From Hypanus sabinus (taxonomy: Eukaryota), in contig NC_082707.1 in the NCBI RefSeq assembly GCF_030144855.1, forward strand, positions 46,562,001-46,626,000: DNA of 64,000 bases, read 5' to 3'. A program made the position numbers and the translations under genes. Below the pieces are notes generated by a model, which did not search any database, was not told where the DNA came from, and worked only from the letters and a program-made list of their open reading frames with translations. Of this stretch, positions 1 through 13,669 are shown in pieces; the stretch's first letter is position 1; the number at the start of each line of letters is the position of its first letter.

Positions 1-480
1 TTGTGGCACCACTCAGCCAGATTTTCAATCTCCCTCCTATATGCTGATTCATCACCACCTCTAATTCGGCTAACAACAGTGGTGTCGTCAGCAAACATAT
101 ATAAGATATTCAAGCTGTATTTCAAGCTAAAGTTCAAGTTCATAGTCATTCAACTATATGCATGTATGCTGCCAAACAAAACAACATTCCTAAGGGCCAA
201 GGTGCACAACACGGAACATATAAGTCACAGACAACACCTAATGTAAGATTACCACAAATAATTTAACAAATAATAAAAGGCATTTACAACACGAGTTAAA
301 AAGTAAACAGAACTCACCCCCCCCCCCCCAGAAGAAGGTACCATGGCATTAGCAGAAGGATGGTTAGATGACAAACAGCTTCTTCACCCAGGCTATAAGA
401 CTACTGAACTCCCTACCACCACCCAGGTCTCATCATGTATGAAGCACCAGTAATGTTATACTGTTTACTTTATAACTTGT
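1..480. mobile_element. Rex1/Babar LINE fragments
   Basis: 1-95 reads FADDTTVV.RI (RT motif) on the - strand; 335-480 resembles the Rex1 3' end. Confidence 0.55.
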
Positions 481-2951
481 GTTGCATTCACTTTTTGATT
501 TCTTCCCTGCCAAGAGCACAGGTTAGAAGGTGATAGATGGGGAGGGGGTATGAAGTGAGAGGTACATCATAGGAGCATCAGGGAGGGTTTTCATCTTCAA
601 TGAGTTCAAGCTCATTTTAAAGATCACTCTGCTGGGTAGTGCTGGTAGTCAGTAATTTCTAGTGTTTGGAAAACAAGAAAATGACATTTAGAAAAATGTT
701 TCCTCTGTTTACATATTTAGCTCTGATCACTTACATTAGCTACATAATTGTAAGTGTTAAAAGTAGCATTGTATCAATATTTCAGAAGCGTAACCTCCTT
801 ATTTTTTGCATTCAATTACTGTAACAAAAACAGTAACATTTTGTTCGCTTTTCTAATTACTTGAACTAACAAATTAGGCTTTACTGGATTGTGCACTAGG
901 ATTGTGCATTAAGAGCTCTGCAACGTTTCACCAGTTAGAGAATGTTTTTTATTTTAACCTTCCTTGCCAAATGGCTTATAACATTTGTATATTGCCCTGA
1001 TTCTTAGCAATAACCAACAATGGACATCTATATTTGCAGGGATACTTGGACAACAGTGATCAGAACATTACTACACTTCATTTGAGCAACTGGGTAGTTT
1101 TGCGGAAAATGTTGGTACCAGACCAGAAGAAAATACCAAAGGATTTCAGTTGGTTTGACTGGAAAATCCTGCAAATCAGATGTAATGTGAAATTTAACAT
1201 TCCAAAAATTGTCTGATGCATAAAGAATTCATGGATATCTACCCACACAGTAAAGTTAAAAGTTATTCTACATTGAACCAAAACCAAAGTTATTGAAAGA
1301 TTGTTGCGGAGAACATATTTTGGATTCCAAATAATGCTCAAATTAACTGATTCAAACAAGCAGAATGAGGTCTGTTATCAAATTAGCTAAACAGACACAA
1401 ACAGGAGAATCATGAAAATATTCAGCAGTAGAAGTTAAATATTTTTATTTTAAATCCTTTGGAATAATCAAAGACATCTTAGGCAAGTAAATGATTCTTC
1501 AAGACAGAATTGGGTGTTCCCTACTACTGATAATTCATGAAAGGTCAAGTAATTGATTCAGCACCTAGAAAGAATTGTAACCAAATTCAATTATAATCTA
1601 TTTTTTTTTTGTGTAGGGACAGCAAAATTTTAAAACAATTGTCTGGATTCTCAAAATCCATTTGATGCAGACAAAACAATTACTGCACTGGTATAATTAT
1701 TACTCTGTGGCTCAAATTAATGTGTTTACAACTCCAAATAATGGTAAGTGTGAGGCTGGCCTCACTGGGATCCCACAGGAATTAATGTTGGATCTGTTCT
1801 CTTGGCCATTTCTTATGAGAGGGAACATTAAGAGAACATAGGAGAAGCTTTGCATTTAGTAAAACACCCTTCTATGTCTCATGAGTGCTTCACAAGTAAT
1901 GAAGTGTTTTTGATGGTTGCTGAGTAAATTGTGGATAAAATTGGCAACCAGCCTGCACAGAATAATTTCTCACAAATATGTGTTGGATAGCTGACAGACA
2001 CTGTTTTAGGAATGGGGGTTGAGGGGTAAATATTCACTGGGACACCATTTTTTTCAAATAAGCTTATGAGATCTTTCTCAGATGTTATACATGTGTCTCC
2101 CAGGGTATCTGTGGAAATGCACTATAGAATGATAACATCATTTGAAAGGTTGAAAGAGTAGAAGATGAAAACGAGGCACAAGTAGACTTTTTCAGTAGAC
2201 TTCATATCTGATTTTTAGATTTGGACTTAGCTTTCACGGTAGATTGTACCAAAGGTTTTTAAAGGAGTTAGCACCAAAGGTTTTTAAAAACCTTACTGGT
2301 GTGGTGTTCATGATATTTGTTATAACATGTTAAAATGCACATCAGGTATCAGGTGTCTCCTTCAAAAACATTGTGTCTCATTGATGATAGCAGATTGCAA
2401 GAAGATTTCCTGCAAACTGACGCCAAGATAAGCCCTTCCACTAAACTGTAGAAATTAATTGTTGCAGTATATCACTGGCTCAACCTGTTCCATTTGATAA
2501 GATGTCATTGCCAAATTTCAGCTCTAAATTATTGACAACAATACTTTTATAGCTCGTGTCAAGACTGGATCTACGCTAAACTGGTTTGCACAATTGATTT
2601 GCAGACATCCACCAATCAAAGATTCAGTCAGGTAAAGAAAATAACAATAGTATAAAAACATATATCCATTGAAAATGCACAGAGCTCATTTGATATGTGT
2701 TTGAGTTGTTGCATAACTACTTGTTACTGATCCATTAAGCAGACTGGATCATAAAAGAAGATTTTTATTAACTATTCGGTAGAGTGGTCATGAGAAAAAT
2801 CTGCTGAGATAAAATTGAAAGAACCACATCAATCAAAATCAGCACTTTTCCACTGTGTCATAGCTTTCCCCCACTACTCAATTACAATATCCACAGTGAT
2901 ATATCAGTTTGCTGATCTAAGCAAAATAATTTGCAGTTTTTCAAGTTGTAG

Positions 2952-3082
2952 TTTAACACAGACATCAGTTAAGGAAATATGATTATCCAACAGACTTAAC
3001 AGCTCCAAATTAAATTTGTATTTTAACACTGACATCAGCTAATAAACATATGATTATCCAACAGACTTAACAGTTCCAAATT
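2952..3082 (+). repeat. Two-copy ~70-bp tandem duplication
   Basis: TTTAACAC.GACATCAG...ATATGATTATCCAACAGACTTAACAG.TCCAAATT present twice with period 70. Confidence 0.75.
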
Positions 3083-3214
3083 TTTAATAAATAGCATGAT
3101 AATACATGTCTTTTTAACTTCCCTTCAGAATGATAAAGGATACATTAATCTGATTCGTGAACTATTGGCCCTACTAAAGGTGCAAGTCACAAATTGCATC
3201 CTACTTAAAGTTCT

Positions 3215-4830
3215 AAGTAAACTTATTATCAAACGCCATATATGTTACCATATTCAGCCCTGAGAATAATTTTCTTGCAGGCATTCACAGTAAGTACAAA
3301 GAAAAAATAATAAATAAATAAACAACAAATATTGAGAACATGAGATGAAGAGTCCTTGAAAGTAGGTTGTGAAAACATTTCAATGATGGGACAAGGGAAG
3401 TTGAGTGAAATTTTTAGTTCAATATCCTAATGGTTGAGGGGTAATAACTCTTCCTGAACCGGTGGTGTGAGTCCTGAGGATCCTGTACCTTTTTCCTGAT
3501 GGCAGCAGTGTGAAGACAGCATGAACTGGGTGGTGGGGGTCCCTGATGATGGGTGGTGCTTTCCTGTGACAATGCTTCATGTAGATGGGCTCAATGGTAG
3601 GGAAGACTTTATCCATGACCGACTGGACTGCATCCAGTACTTTTTGTAGGATTTCCACTTCAAGGAAATGGTATTTCTATACCAGGGTGTGAAGCAGGCA
3701 GTCAATACACTGTCCACCACACATCTATAGAAATTTGTCAAAGGTTCAGATGTTTGGCTGAGTCTTTGCCAACTCTGAATGAAGTGGATGTGTTGCTATG
3801 CTTCTTTGTAATTGCACTTACATGCAGGACCCAGGACAGATTCTCTGAAATGATAACACCGAGGAATTTAAAACTGACACTTTCAACCTCTGATCCTTTG
3901 ATGAGGGCTGGCTCATGGACCTCTGGTTTCCTGCTCCTGAAGCCAATTTTCAGCTCCATGGTCTTGCCAAAATTGAGTAAGAGGTTGCTCAGTCAGATTT
4001 TCAGTCTCCCTCCTATATGCTGATTTGTCACCACCTCTGATTTGGCCTATGACAGTGGAATCCTTAGCAAACGAGTTTGGCATTGGAGCTGTGCTTTGCC
4101 ACACAGCATAACTGTTAAGCGAGTAGAGCAGCAGCTAAGCCCACAATCTTGTGATGTGCCTGTGCTGACGGAGATTGTGGAGGAGATGTTGCCAATCCAA
4201 ACTAACTGTGGTCTGCAAGTGAGGAAATTGAGGATCCAATTGCATAATGAGTTATTGAGACCAAGGTCTTGAAGCTTAATGATTAGTTTTGAGGGAACGA
4301 TGGTACTGAATGCCGAGCAGTAGTCGATAAAGAGCATCTTCATGTATGCATCTTCGCAGTCCAGATGCTCTGGGGTTGAGTGAAAAGCCAATGTGATGGC
4401 ACCTACTGTGGACCTGTTGCTCCGGTAGGCAAATTGGAGCGGATCCAAGACACTTCTCAGGTAGGGGTTGATATTTCATCGCCAACCTCTCAAAATGCTT
4501 CCCTGTAGATGTGACTGCTACTGGATGATAGCCATAGAGGCAGGTATTCTTCTCAGGTACCAGCATAAGTGAAGTCTGCTTGAAGCTGGTGGGTACCTCA
4601 GACTGTAGAAGCAAGAGGTTAAAGATCTCAGTGAACACTCCAGCCAGTTGATCAGCACAAGGCCTTGGCCCAGTATCCTATCTGGGCCAGATACTTTTCG
4701 TGGGTTCAGCACCCTGAAGGTTGCTTAGGCCTGAGAGAGTGAAATCACAGGATCATTGGAGGCTGCAGTGGTTCGTAATGGTTCCTCCATGTTTTGACAG
4801 TCAAAGTAAGCATAGAAGACTTATATGTAG
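3215..4830 (-). mobile_element. Degenerate Rex1/Babar LINE (RT through 3' end)
   Basis: [17 protein letters not shown]...[44 protein letters not shown], with frameshifts. Confidence 0.85.
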
Positions 4831-7800
4831 GATGTAAACATTCTATATTGTTTCAGTGTCAGAATGAATGTATTTGTTTACACTAGGGTTTACCCTTGAA
4901 TTTATAATGACAAGAAGTACACTCACCCTTTTCTGACACTGGGTTAATTCTAAAATATTTATTTGCGACATAGGGAAATAGGCAGCTTGATAAAGTACAT
5001 ATAAGGAAGACATCTCAATAAGATGGATCCACGGAGAGCAACAATCAGTCAACAAATGGATTCTGCATAAAATTGATTTTCTGCTAACAAAATTGCCTTA
5101 AACTAATTCCAATAACTATTATGATGATGAGTATCATATCGTGGGACATCAGTTTAGTTTGATCGGATTATTCAAATGGAGAATACATTTTATAGGCATA
5201 CAAGCACAGTACTTGGAAGATTGTTTGCTAGTATTCTGAAAGGGAAAAGCAAAAAAATGATACGTTCTGTCATATCTCACTTTCAGACTACAGCACAGAC
5301 CTGTGAAAGAATCAGGAAGCCACTCTTCCAAAAACCATCGCTCTACTTTTTGTTGCTGTCCTTGTAACTTCGTAGAAAACATAATTAATCACTACTCTAA
5401 GTTGCAAATACAGATGATTTGTATACTGAATTCTCTTTTGTTGTGATTTCTTTCGATTTTACAATAACATCTACAGTCTAATGACACCTCTGGCAGAAAG
5501 GAATAATCAATCTAAACAGTGCATGGGAGCCAAAGAAAAATATTTAGAATGATCAGGACCACGGAGGTTATTATTATAAGCTACCTTAGCTCTCTGAATA
5601 TGTTGGGCTGATTGACTTCCCCCATTCAGCCCACCTGGCAATGTCATTAGAATTAGAAAGCATTTTCTTACAGCTCAGTATTTTTTAGTTTACTGTTAAC
5701 TTTCAAAGCTGAAATACTGTTTAAAAATAATCATGTACGCTGTGCTTTGGAAGAATTAGAAAGCTAGCGGGGCACTTTTTGATTGTAAAGTTCTGCCTGC
5801 TTTTTAGAAGAATTGAGATAATTGATTAATGGTGCAGAGAAGAAAACAGAAGAATACAATGCCACTTTGGGTTAGTGATGCAATATTTAAAACAATTAGC
5901 TGCACTTAACTGGAATTTATGTGGACTGTACGGGAAACATCTGTAAGAGAATCAGATTTTTTTCAAGGTCGAATTACTTCATGGTCATTGACTATAAAAC
6001 AAATCAAAGCTTCAGTGGAAGGTTAAACAAGACAAATCTGCATTGTTTTAGTTTACTTAAAGTAAAAGAATCTAACATCTATCAAATGATTAGTGTTAAA
6101 AGTATAGTCAAATTTAAGGTAAAATTATTTTCAAATTGATTGGAAATATTGCACCATTTTAGGAAGTGAATTGTGAAAAGACTGTAGTTTCCTATTTTAC
6201 ATTTGTTCATTATTGAAGGACGAACATACATTTTTAAAAAGTACAGAACCGTGCCACAGTTATGGCCAAATTTAATTCCCTAATGCAGTTGCCTGTGTTT
6301 AAGAGGAATGGGGCTTTCAGGAAGCTAATGTAGGGGATTTCAGCTCAAGGCAAATTTTTCCGGCCAATGAATTCATCTTCCTCCCAGCAGAGATGACGAG
6401 GAGTTCACGGTAGTTTTATCTATTCAACAAAACTAAGGTGTCAAGAGAAGTCATAATTTTAATGCCAACACTTAGCTGAAAATTTCCTGTTTAAAAAATA
6501 TATGTTGCAATTCAAGGCCATGACACTGTAGAATAGACAGAGTTTTATTTGGATAGGAATTAATCAGATTGAGCTCAACATTTCACTTCCCCTTGTTCTT
6601 TGGGAGGGTGATGTTTTGTCAAGGAAAGGTCAAAAAAGACAGAAAACAGCAGGACCAGCATCCTAATTAAAACGACCCTTTTCATTGCTTTGGATTCAGA
6701 CACAAATTTCTTCACACCTGAATACAAATATACATTTCCAACTCAATGTTACTTACATAATGAAAATATACTATAGGTGTGTTATGGAAAGATAATGTAG
6801 AATCAATTTCTTATGCTCAACAGTAGCGGCATGAAGATCTGTTGACGAGTAAAAGCTAATTAGTAGCTGAATGAAGAGCTCCAAACCTCTCTCTTATGCT
6901 TCTATTTTTGTATGAACATCTTTGATCCTCTCTACTTTGACAGTTAAGGTGCAGTATTCTGAGGATCACCAGAATGACGATACACTACCACCAAACTATG
7001 TAGAATCAAAAAGATTTACTGTATGCTAATAGGATAAAGCCAAAACCAGGCAGAATCCCTGAAAAAAAATCGAATGACACATTTTCTTATACCTAAATTG
7101 CTGAGTTCCCAATACACCCCCCACCTCATATTAGGAGGATCTTTAATCCTATCTGTTCACCAGAATTATTTGGATCACATTTATGTTATCTTATGCACAT
7201 ATAGAAGATATTTGGCTGATGATCTAGTTTTAATATACTCTGACTATTTTACTATATATTGAAGCGAATGAATGATATTTTACCATGTTCATCTGAGCAA
7301 CTATGACTTACCTACATTTTAAAAAGTGTGAGATTATGAATTTAAATTTATTTTTCATTTTCTTCAACTATAGTATGCAAAATTATTCAGATCTTGATGA
7401 AAGCCAATTAATAAACACGAGTGCCATTTAGAGTGTAATGAAACAAATCCAGCCTGCATGCTGTTGATTCATTCAATGCTGTTGTTCACCTCGATAAGTA
7501 CAAATGATATTTCCTGAATTATGTAATTTTCTTGTGCACATCATATTCTAGATATTAATGTTTTTCAGAGTTCATTTTATTTTCACAGTGGGATTTGCTA
7601 TTGATAGTGTCAAAACCTATCATCGTAGAAAAAGCAAGTCACTTTCATCTATTATTCTCAGCAGGTTCAAATGTACATCAATTTTCGTGATCAAAGATGC
7701 CTTTAAGCCTTTAACGTGGATTGGAGAAAATCAAATGCATGATAAAGGCATGCTCACGAGCTAATCAAGCTTAATCCGAAAGCCTTTTTCCAATTTGCAA

Positions 7801-7888
7801 TTTACTGTTATTATTCGTACATTTAGATTTAATCATACACAGCAAGACATTAGGTTAAAACTACAAGTACAAGGCATTTTGCATTGAC

Positions 7889-7894
7889 TTTATT
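7889..7894 (-). terminator. Candidate distal polyadenylation signal for FAM43A
   Basis: AATAAA on - strand followed by U/GU-rich sequence; two Pumilio-type TGTAHATA motifs upstream (7988-7995, 8071-8078). Confidence 0.4.
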
Positions 7895-9039
7895 GTTTCA
7901 TTTTGTGCCAACAAAAAAACGATAGACACTTCTTCATCAAATATTTTAAAAATAACATCCATTTTGCTTGTACAGATTTACACATTGTATGTACAGAAGT
8001 GAGGACATTCAATGCTTGGTGCTCCTTTCTTTTGCACGGCAAAGAAATATATTATATCCAGTCACAAAACTATTTACAGACAATAGAATACTGGTTAAGA
8101 ATTCACAACAGTGCAATTTACAAACCACGGAGTGTAACAGGCAAGAGTAAATTCTGTGAATCAATAAAGAGATTGTAAACAAATACTTAATTTAAGACAA
8201 ATAACCATGGCATGTCACTGAATAAAAGCAACAGCACCCATTCCATAAGGAGAGAACATAAATGAAAGAAATCTGTTCATTGCTGAATATCAATTCAATT
8301 AAATCAGTTAATAATTTCCATGTACGTGAAGTAGTTTTCCTTTATCTCATCACACTCTGATAAAGAAATAGAAATAGTTGTGAAATTGCTTAACAGCAAA
8401 AGTGAAAGAAAGCATAACAGCAAATCATTTTATGTCTCTCCCAATTTTTCTTCATTTGATGTTACTGGAAATGAACTTTTGAGAAATAATTGAATAACAG
8501 TGTCATCAAAAGCAAACACTATTATGTCAAAGGACATGCTATCTCTTTCCAGTTGCTTCCAAACTCATGAGCTTCATCTGTCCACAAATGTAGCAAGATT
8601 TATCAACCACTGTAGCATGCTTACGTGTTGTAGTCAGAATATCTTCAACCACGGAAATAATTTCATGGTACTATTAATTTGAAAGGCAAAACACAATCTA
8701 ACAGTGCAGTGTCTTTCTGTTGTAGTATTCAATATTTAGATTTAAATATTATATATATTACATCTCATGGGTTTAAATTTATGATAGTTCATATATATCA
8801 TATGTTCCAGAAGGAACACTCTTTCAAAAGGCATTAACTTGGCTTACCTATCCATTAATTCTCCATTTCTCAAATCAAAGAATATGGGATCAGGAAAACA
8901 TCTTTTATGTGTACAGCCTTAAAACGTGCTTGAGAATTTTCATTTAAAATCAAAACTGTATCCTTTCTGTGATCTAGTTAGTCAACACTAAGTATATGTT
9001 GGAATAAAATGCCGTTGTTCTTAATGCTGCAGTTGGAGG

Positions 9040-10345
9040 TTCCCATCTGCTTCAAAAGGGCATGACGGGTGCCCAAGAAGTGCAGGGCGAGCTGTCCCAG
9101 TGGCTATTGACAGAGACGCTCACATCTACTGAGATGAAGTACTTTGAGAGCTTGGTCATGACTGGAATCAACTGCTTCCTAAGCAGGGACCTGAACCCGC
9201 TGCAATTTGCCCATCACCACAATAGGTCAACAGTGGATGCAACCTCACTGGCTCTACACTTGGCCTTGCTTCACCTGAATAACTGTAATGTGTAATCAGG
9301 CTGCTGCTTATTGATTACATCCCAGCGTTCAATACAATCATACCCTCAGTTCCAATCCACAAACCCCAGAATCTGAGCCTCTGTACCTCTCTCTGCAACT
9401 GGATGCTTGACTTCCTCACTGGGAGAACACAGTCTGTACGGATTGGAAATAACATTTCCTCCTCGCTGACAATCAACACTGGCACACCTCGAAGATGCAC
9501 ACTCAGCCCAATACTCTACTCTCGCTCTACAACCACAAACGTGTTGCTAGGCACAGCTCAAATGCCATCTATAAATTTGCTGAAGGCACAACTGTTGCTG
9601 GCAGAGTTTCAGATGGTGATGAGGAGGCGTACAGGAGTAAGGTAGATCAGCTGGTTGAGTGATGTTGCAGCAACAAGCTTACACTCAGTCGGTAAGACCA
9701 AGAAGGTAATTGTGAGCTTCAGGAAGGGGAAGTCAAGGGAATACACACCAGTCCTCATTGAGGGATCAGAAATGGAAAGTGTGAGCAGTTTCAAGTTCCT
9801 GGGTGTCAACATCCCTTGAGGGTCTGTCCCGGGTCCAACATATCAATGCAGTTACAAAGAAGGCACAATAGTGACTATATTTCATTGGGATTTTGAGGAG
9901 AATTGCTATGCCACCAATGACACTTGCAAATTTCTACAGATGAATGACGGAGAGCATTCTAACCCGTTGCATCATCGTCTGGTATAGAAGGGGCACGGCG
10001 CACGATTGGAAAGGCTGCAGAAGGTTGTGTGCTCAGCCAGCCTCTTCATGGGCACTAGACTCCTCAGCATCTAGGACAACTTCAAAATGTGGCGTCCCAT
10101 CACCAAGGACCCCCATCACCTCGGACATGCCTCTTCTCATTGCTACCATCAAGGAGGAGGTACAGGAACCTCAGCATTTCAGGAATAGCCTCTTCCCCTC
10201 CGCCATCAGATTTCTGAATGGACAATGAACCCCTGAAAACTGAGCCAGTATTTTTTTTCTCTCTCCCTCTTGATGCACAACTTAATTTACAGCAAAATAA
10301 CTAATTTCATTCCATATGCGAGTGATATTGAACCTGATTCGGATT
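9040..10345 (+). mobile_element. Degenerate Rex1/Babar LINE
   Basis: [45 protein letters not shown]; tail resembling (GATTCT)n near 10331. Confidence 0.85.
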
Positions 10346-11199
10346 GCGTATAATAGTTCGGGATAGACTAGGTGGGCCCAAGGGGCTGTGTTGTAGTGCT
10401 CTGTGACTCTCTGTGTGTATCTGACAAAAGCTTGGGATTTTGACGTCACAAGTCAAAGTGTGACTACCTCTCTCTGGTTGCTGCACAAAGAGAAATGTGA
10501 TAAGAAATGAGGACACGAGATAGTATGGAGAAAATAATGACCTGTATTTTAAAAAGAGGAAACTAACACAAAGCTTTGGAAAATTAAACCTGTGGAAAAA
10601 TGAATTTGGAGAGAATGCAACACTAAAACTGGAAAAATATAATTTTATCTTTCGTTAAGCTTTTATTCAACAAATGAAGTTATTTCAAATTAAAGTGACA
10701 AGGTGGGAAGTGATTGAATAATACTGTCCTAATGCACCAAATATATTCTTTGCTGTATGTGTCTGCATCTGCTTGTGTGCATGCATGTGTGTGTCTGTGT
10801 GTGTGGGAGGAGGCATGGATGATTAGCAGCTGACTATAGGTGTGGAATCTGTAAAGTGACTGTTAGCTAAGCCCCAAGGCATCAGTTCCAGATTTGCCTT
10901 TAATTGGCTGTCAGGCCAAATTACAACAACCCCAGTGATACGCTTGATATAATTGAACATTCCCATGGTCACTCCGAAGAGCTTCTCCAGCAGATGTAAG
11001 CGTGAAATGGAGGTGGAGGTTAAAGGAATAGGTTGCGGCCCCCTCCCTCTCCCCCCTATGGAGCCATGTCAGGGTCCTGCTCCTCTAAAGCAAGGGAAAC
11101 GGCAAATTATTTCGTCTGATTTTGTAGCAGAGCTATATCAGGCCTCTCAGTGCCTCGTGTAAGGGTGTGAAATAGATTAAGGTACCTGGGGAACACCTG

Positions 11200-13660
11200 A
11201 ACGTAGCCTGAGTCAATATTTTCTTCCGTTCTCAAGCGCACCGCCTTACAAAACCGGACGATTGAGGTTTGCGTTTAGAGACCAAGAGTGTATTCAAATG
11301 TACGCCACTAACCTTCAGCGTCGCCTTAAAATTTCCAGTGCGGATATCTGACCGACTGCTTATTCAATTGCCATAACCTGATGGATTTGTCTTGTAAACC
11401 ACATCCCGGCCTGACGTTCACCCAGCTGTAACTGCACCTGCCACTCTAACACCAGCATTCGTCTCTCTAGGTAAACGCTTCGCTTCCCTGCCCTTGCTCA
11501 CGGGATAGCGGCACACGATGCTGGTCAACTGGACATCGCCGCCACTGCAGTGAATAGGGGGAGGGGACTTTCAGAAGGGCAGTATGTTGCCGGTCATGTT
11601 ACCCACACAAATCGTGTCCCAGCGCCAGCCATCATTGTCGCTACTTCCATAGGAAGTTCATTGTCAGAGAGACCAGACCGGCTCACGCATCGCAACTTCC
11701 ATTTCTAAGTGTTAAATCTTCTACTTACTCATTTAGGGAACGAATAAAGTTGGCGCAAAATTGTAAGCCAGACAATGTCCTTTTGAAAAGCATTTTGTGC
11801 ATGCATTTTCCCGAATTGCACTAAGTTCTTCCTCTTTTTACCATCTTAAAGTTACAGTAAAGATGAGGTACAGGGAAGGTGAGAGGCAACACGCGGGATG
11901 TGATCGCTGCCGGTTCCGAGGACGGGTGCAATTATCCCATCTCTTGCGGGTCGCCTTCCTCGCTGTCGTCCGCTGCTGCCACCGCGTCCTGGTCGCTGGT
12001 TCCGCTGCCCAGCGACGACTCACTGCTGGTGCTTTCGCCGGACAGGAGTCGAGTAACTCGGAGATCAGCCCTCAGTAACTGGACGTCGTTGCCTATCGTC
12101 AATTCGCCCAGCTCGCTGATAAGCTCGGAATAGCTGTGGCGCTCGTCGCTGGCCGAGGGCTCCGTTCTGCCCAGGATGTCCTCGTACTCCAGGCTGATCT
12201 CCAGCAGGGCTCTCTGTTCCTCCTCCTCCCCCACCAGGTCCTCGGTGATCGAGCCCAGCTTCGGGGCGCTTCTGCTCCTCTCCACCGGAGGCTTGTAGCT
12301 GCACTGGCCGTTCATCAGCTTCCTCAGCGGAACCAAGGGGATGCTCTGCTCCCCGACCAGCTTCTGCTGCTGGTGCCTGGCGTCGTCCCTCCTCTTCAGC
12401 CTCTTGAACTCGGCCAGGGCGTTGCTGGAGGTCTGGTAGAGGAGGAGGGCCATTGCCTTAGCTTTCTCGGGCTTGGAGACCAGCACGGCGTGACACCTCA
12501 GCATCACAGCCTTGTGCTTCAGTTCGTGCCTGTAGATCCAGGCGAAGATTTTTGGAGATCGGGGATCTGCCACGCAGTAGGTGATCCTGTGCAGGAGGTA
12601 CAGGTGACCCGGTCTCCTTGCCTTGCCGTCGACGTGAACCATGCGGATTCCCTGAGAGCTGATGGTCAGCTTCATCCTGGTGCCGCTCTTGCCCTGCTCG
12701 CTCTTGCTCCAGATCTTGGTCACCGCCACATCGGCGCAGCCCTCGCCTTTGGATTGAATGGTGGCGGCGTTGCCGAGGTACAGCACCGTGTAGGTGGGAT
12801 CCTCGCCCGTGATCTTGATCTTCCTCCTCTTGGATTTAAACATGCTGCAGACCCGGTTGAGGGCACTCTCCGCCACCACGTCCGGGCAGGCGCGGGCAAG
12901 CGAAGTGATAGTGTTACAGTTCAAACTCACCGAGTAGCCGAGCTGCTTCGGCTGCTGCTTCTCGATTAAATCAAATTTATTTTTCTTCCAAGGTAGCATC
13001 GCTGATGCATAAATATATTGATATATATTCTTAATTTGTTTACAGGGCTATAGGTGCGGGGAGGTGAGCGCCGCGGCCGTTTCCATGCCTGTCCTGGACA
13101 GGCTGCCGGCTGATCATGTTCCTTACACTGACTCGTGTAAGTTCCAATGGTCCGAGGTAGAGAGCTGTAAATATCAACTGGGGCGAACCATCCAGTCATC
13201 GGAGTGGGGAGGAGCAGATTGAGGAAGTTCCCGAGGAGATAGAGCAATTAACCGTTCCAATGCCTGGGAACCGCTGCTGGCTCTTTGCCAACATTGAGGT
13301 GCCCCTCGATCACGAATGCCCAGCGCTCGCTGCACACCAATTGAGACCATAACTTCTACTTTTGCTTGTGAATGTTTTGTCACCAAAACAGAGAGAGAAA
13401 AGAAAATAATTTATTCATGAACGCATTACGCAAGATTCCTGAGCTCACGCTGATGAGAGGTAAAGCGGCCGAGGGTATGATGTTCAGATATTAATACCGA
13501 GAAGCTGGTGGGTGGGAGAGTATTCCTTGGAACAATGAAACTCTTCACCGGCAAAAGTGCCCACTTTTAAGGCCACCTTGGCTTGCTGCCCTGGTCCACT
13601 TTCCGCTGATGTGGGTTGGAGAAGTTTGCACCGCCGCCTGCCGTCAGGAAGCCCCCCGGC
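11200..13660. promoter_or_regulatory. CpG/GC-rich island spanning FAM43A and its 5' region
   Basis: Visible CpG enrichment relative to AT-rich flanks. Confidence 0.55.
11932..12999 (-). CDS. FAM43A: Protein FAM43A (PTB/PID-like domain), single coding exon, 355 aa
   Basis: Intact ORF MLPWKKNKF...DPTYTVLYLGNA...GHLYLLHRITYCVAD...AWIYRHELKHKAVMLRCHAVLVSKPEKAKAMALLLYQ...YKPPVERSRSAPKLGSITEDL matches vertebrate FAM43A as recalled; GC-rich; syntenic with LSG1/TMEM44. Confidence 0.95.
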   Translation of the reverse strand: MLPWKKNKFDLIEKQQPKQLGYSVSLNCNTITSLARACPDVVAESALNRVCSMFKSKRRKIKITGEDPTYTVLYLGNAATIQSKGEGCADVAVTKIWSKSEQGKSGTRMKLTISSQGIRMVHVDGKARRPGHLYLLHRITYCVADPRSPKIFAWIYRHELKHKAVMLRCHAVLVSKPEKAKAMALLLYQTSSNALAEFKRLKRRDDARHQQQKLVGEQSIPLVPLRKLMNGQCSYKPPVERSRSAPKLGSITEDLVGEEEEQRALLEISLEYEDILGRTEPSASDERHSYSELISELGELTIGNDVQLLRADLRVTRLLSGESTSSESSLGSGTSDQDAVAAADDSEEGDPQEMG

Positions 13661-13669
13661 AGCCCGAGG

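Noticed and set aside
12136-12969. 277-aa + strand ORF antisense to FAM43A
   Set aside because: Shadow frame of a GC3-rich CDS; non-ATG start and no recognisable domain
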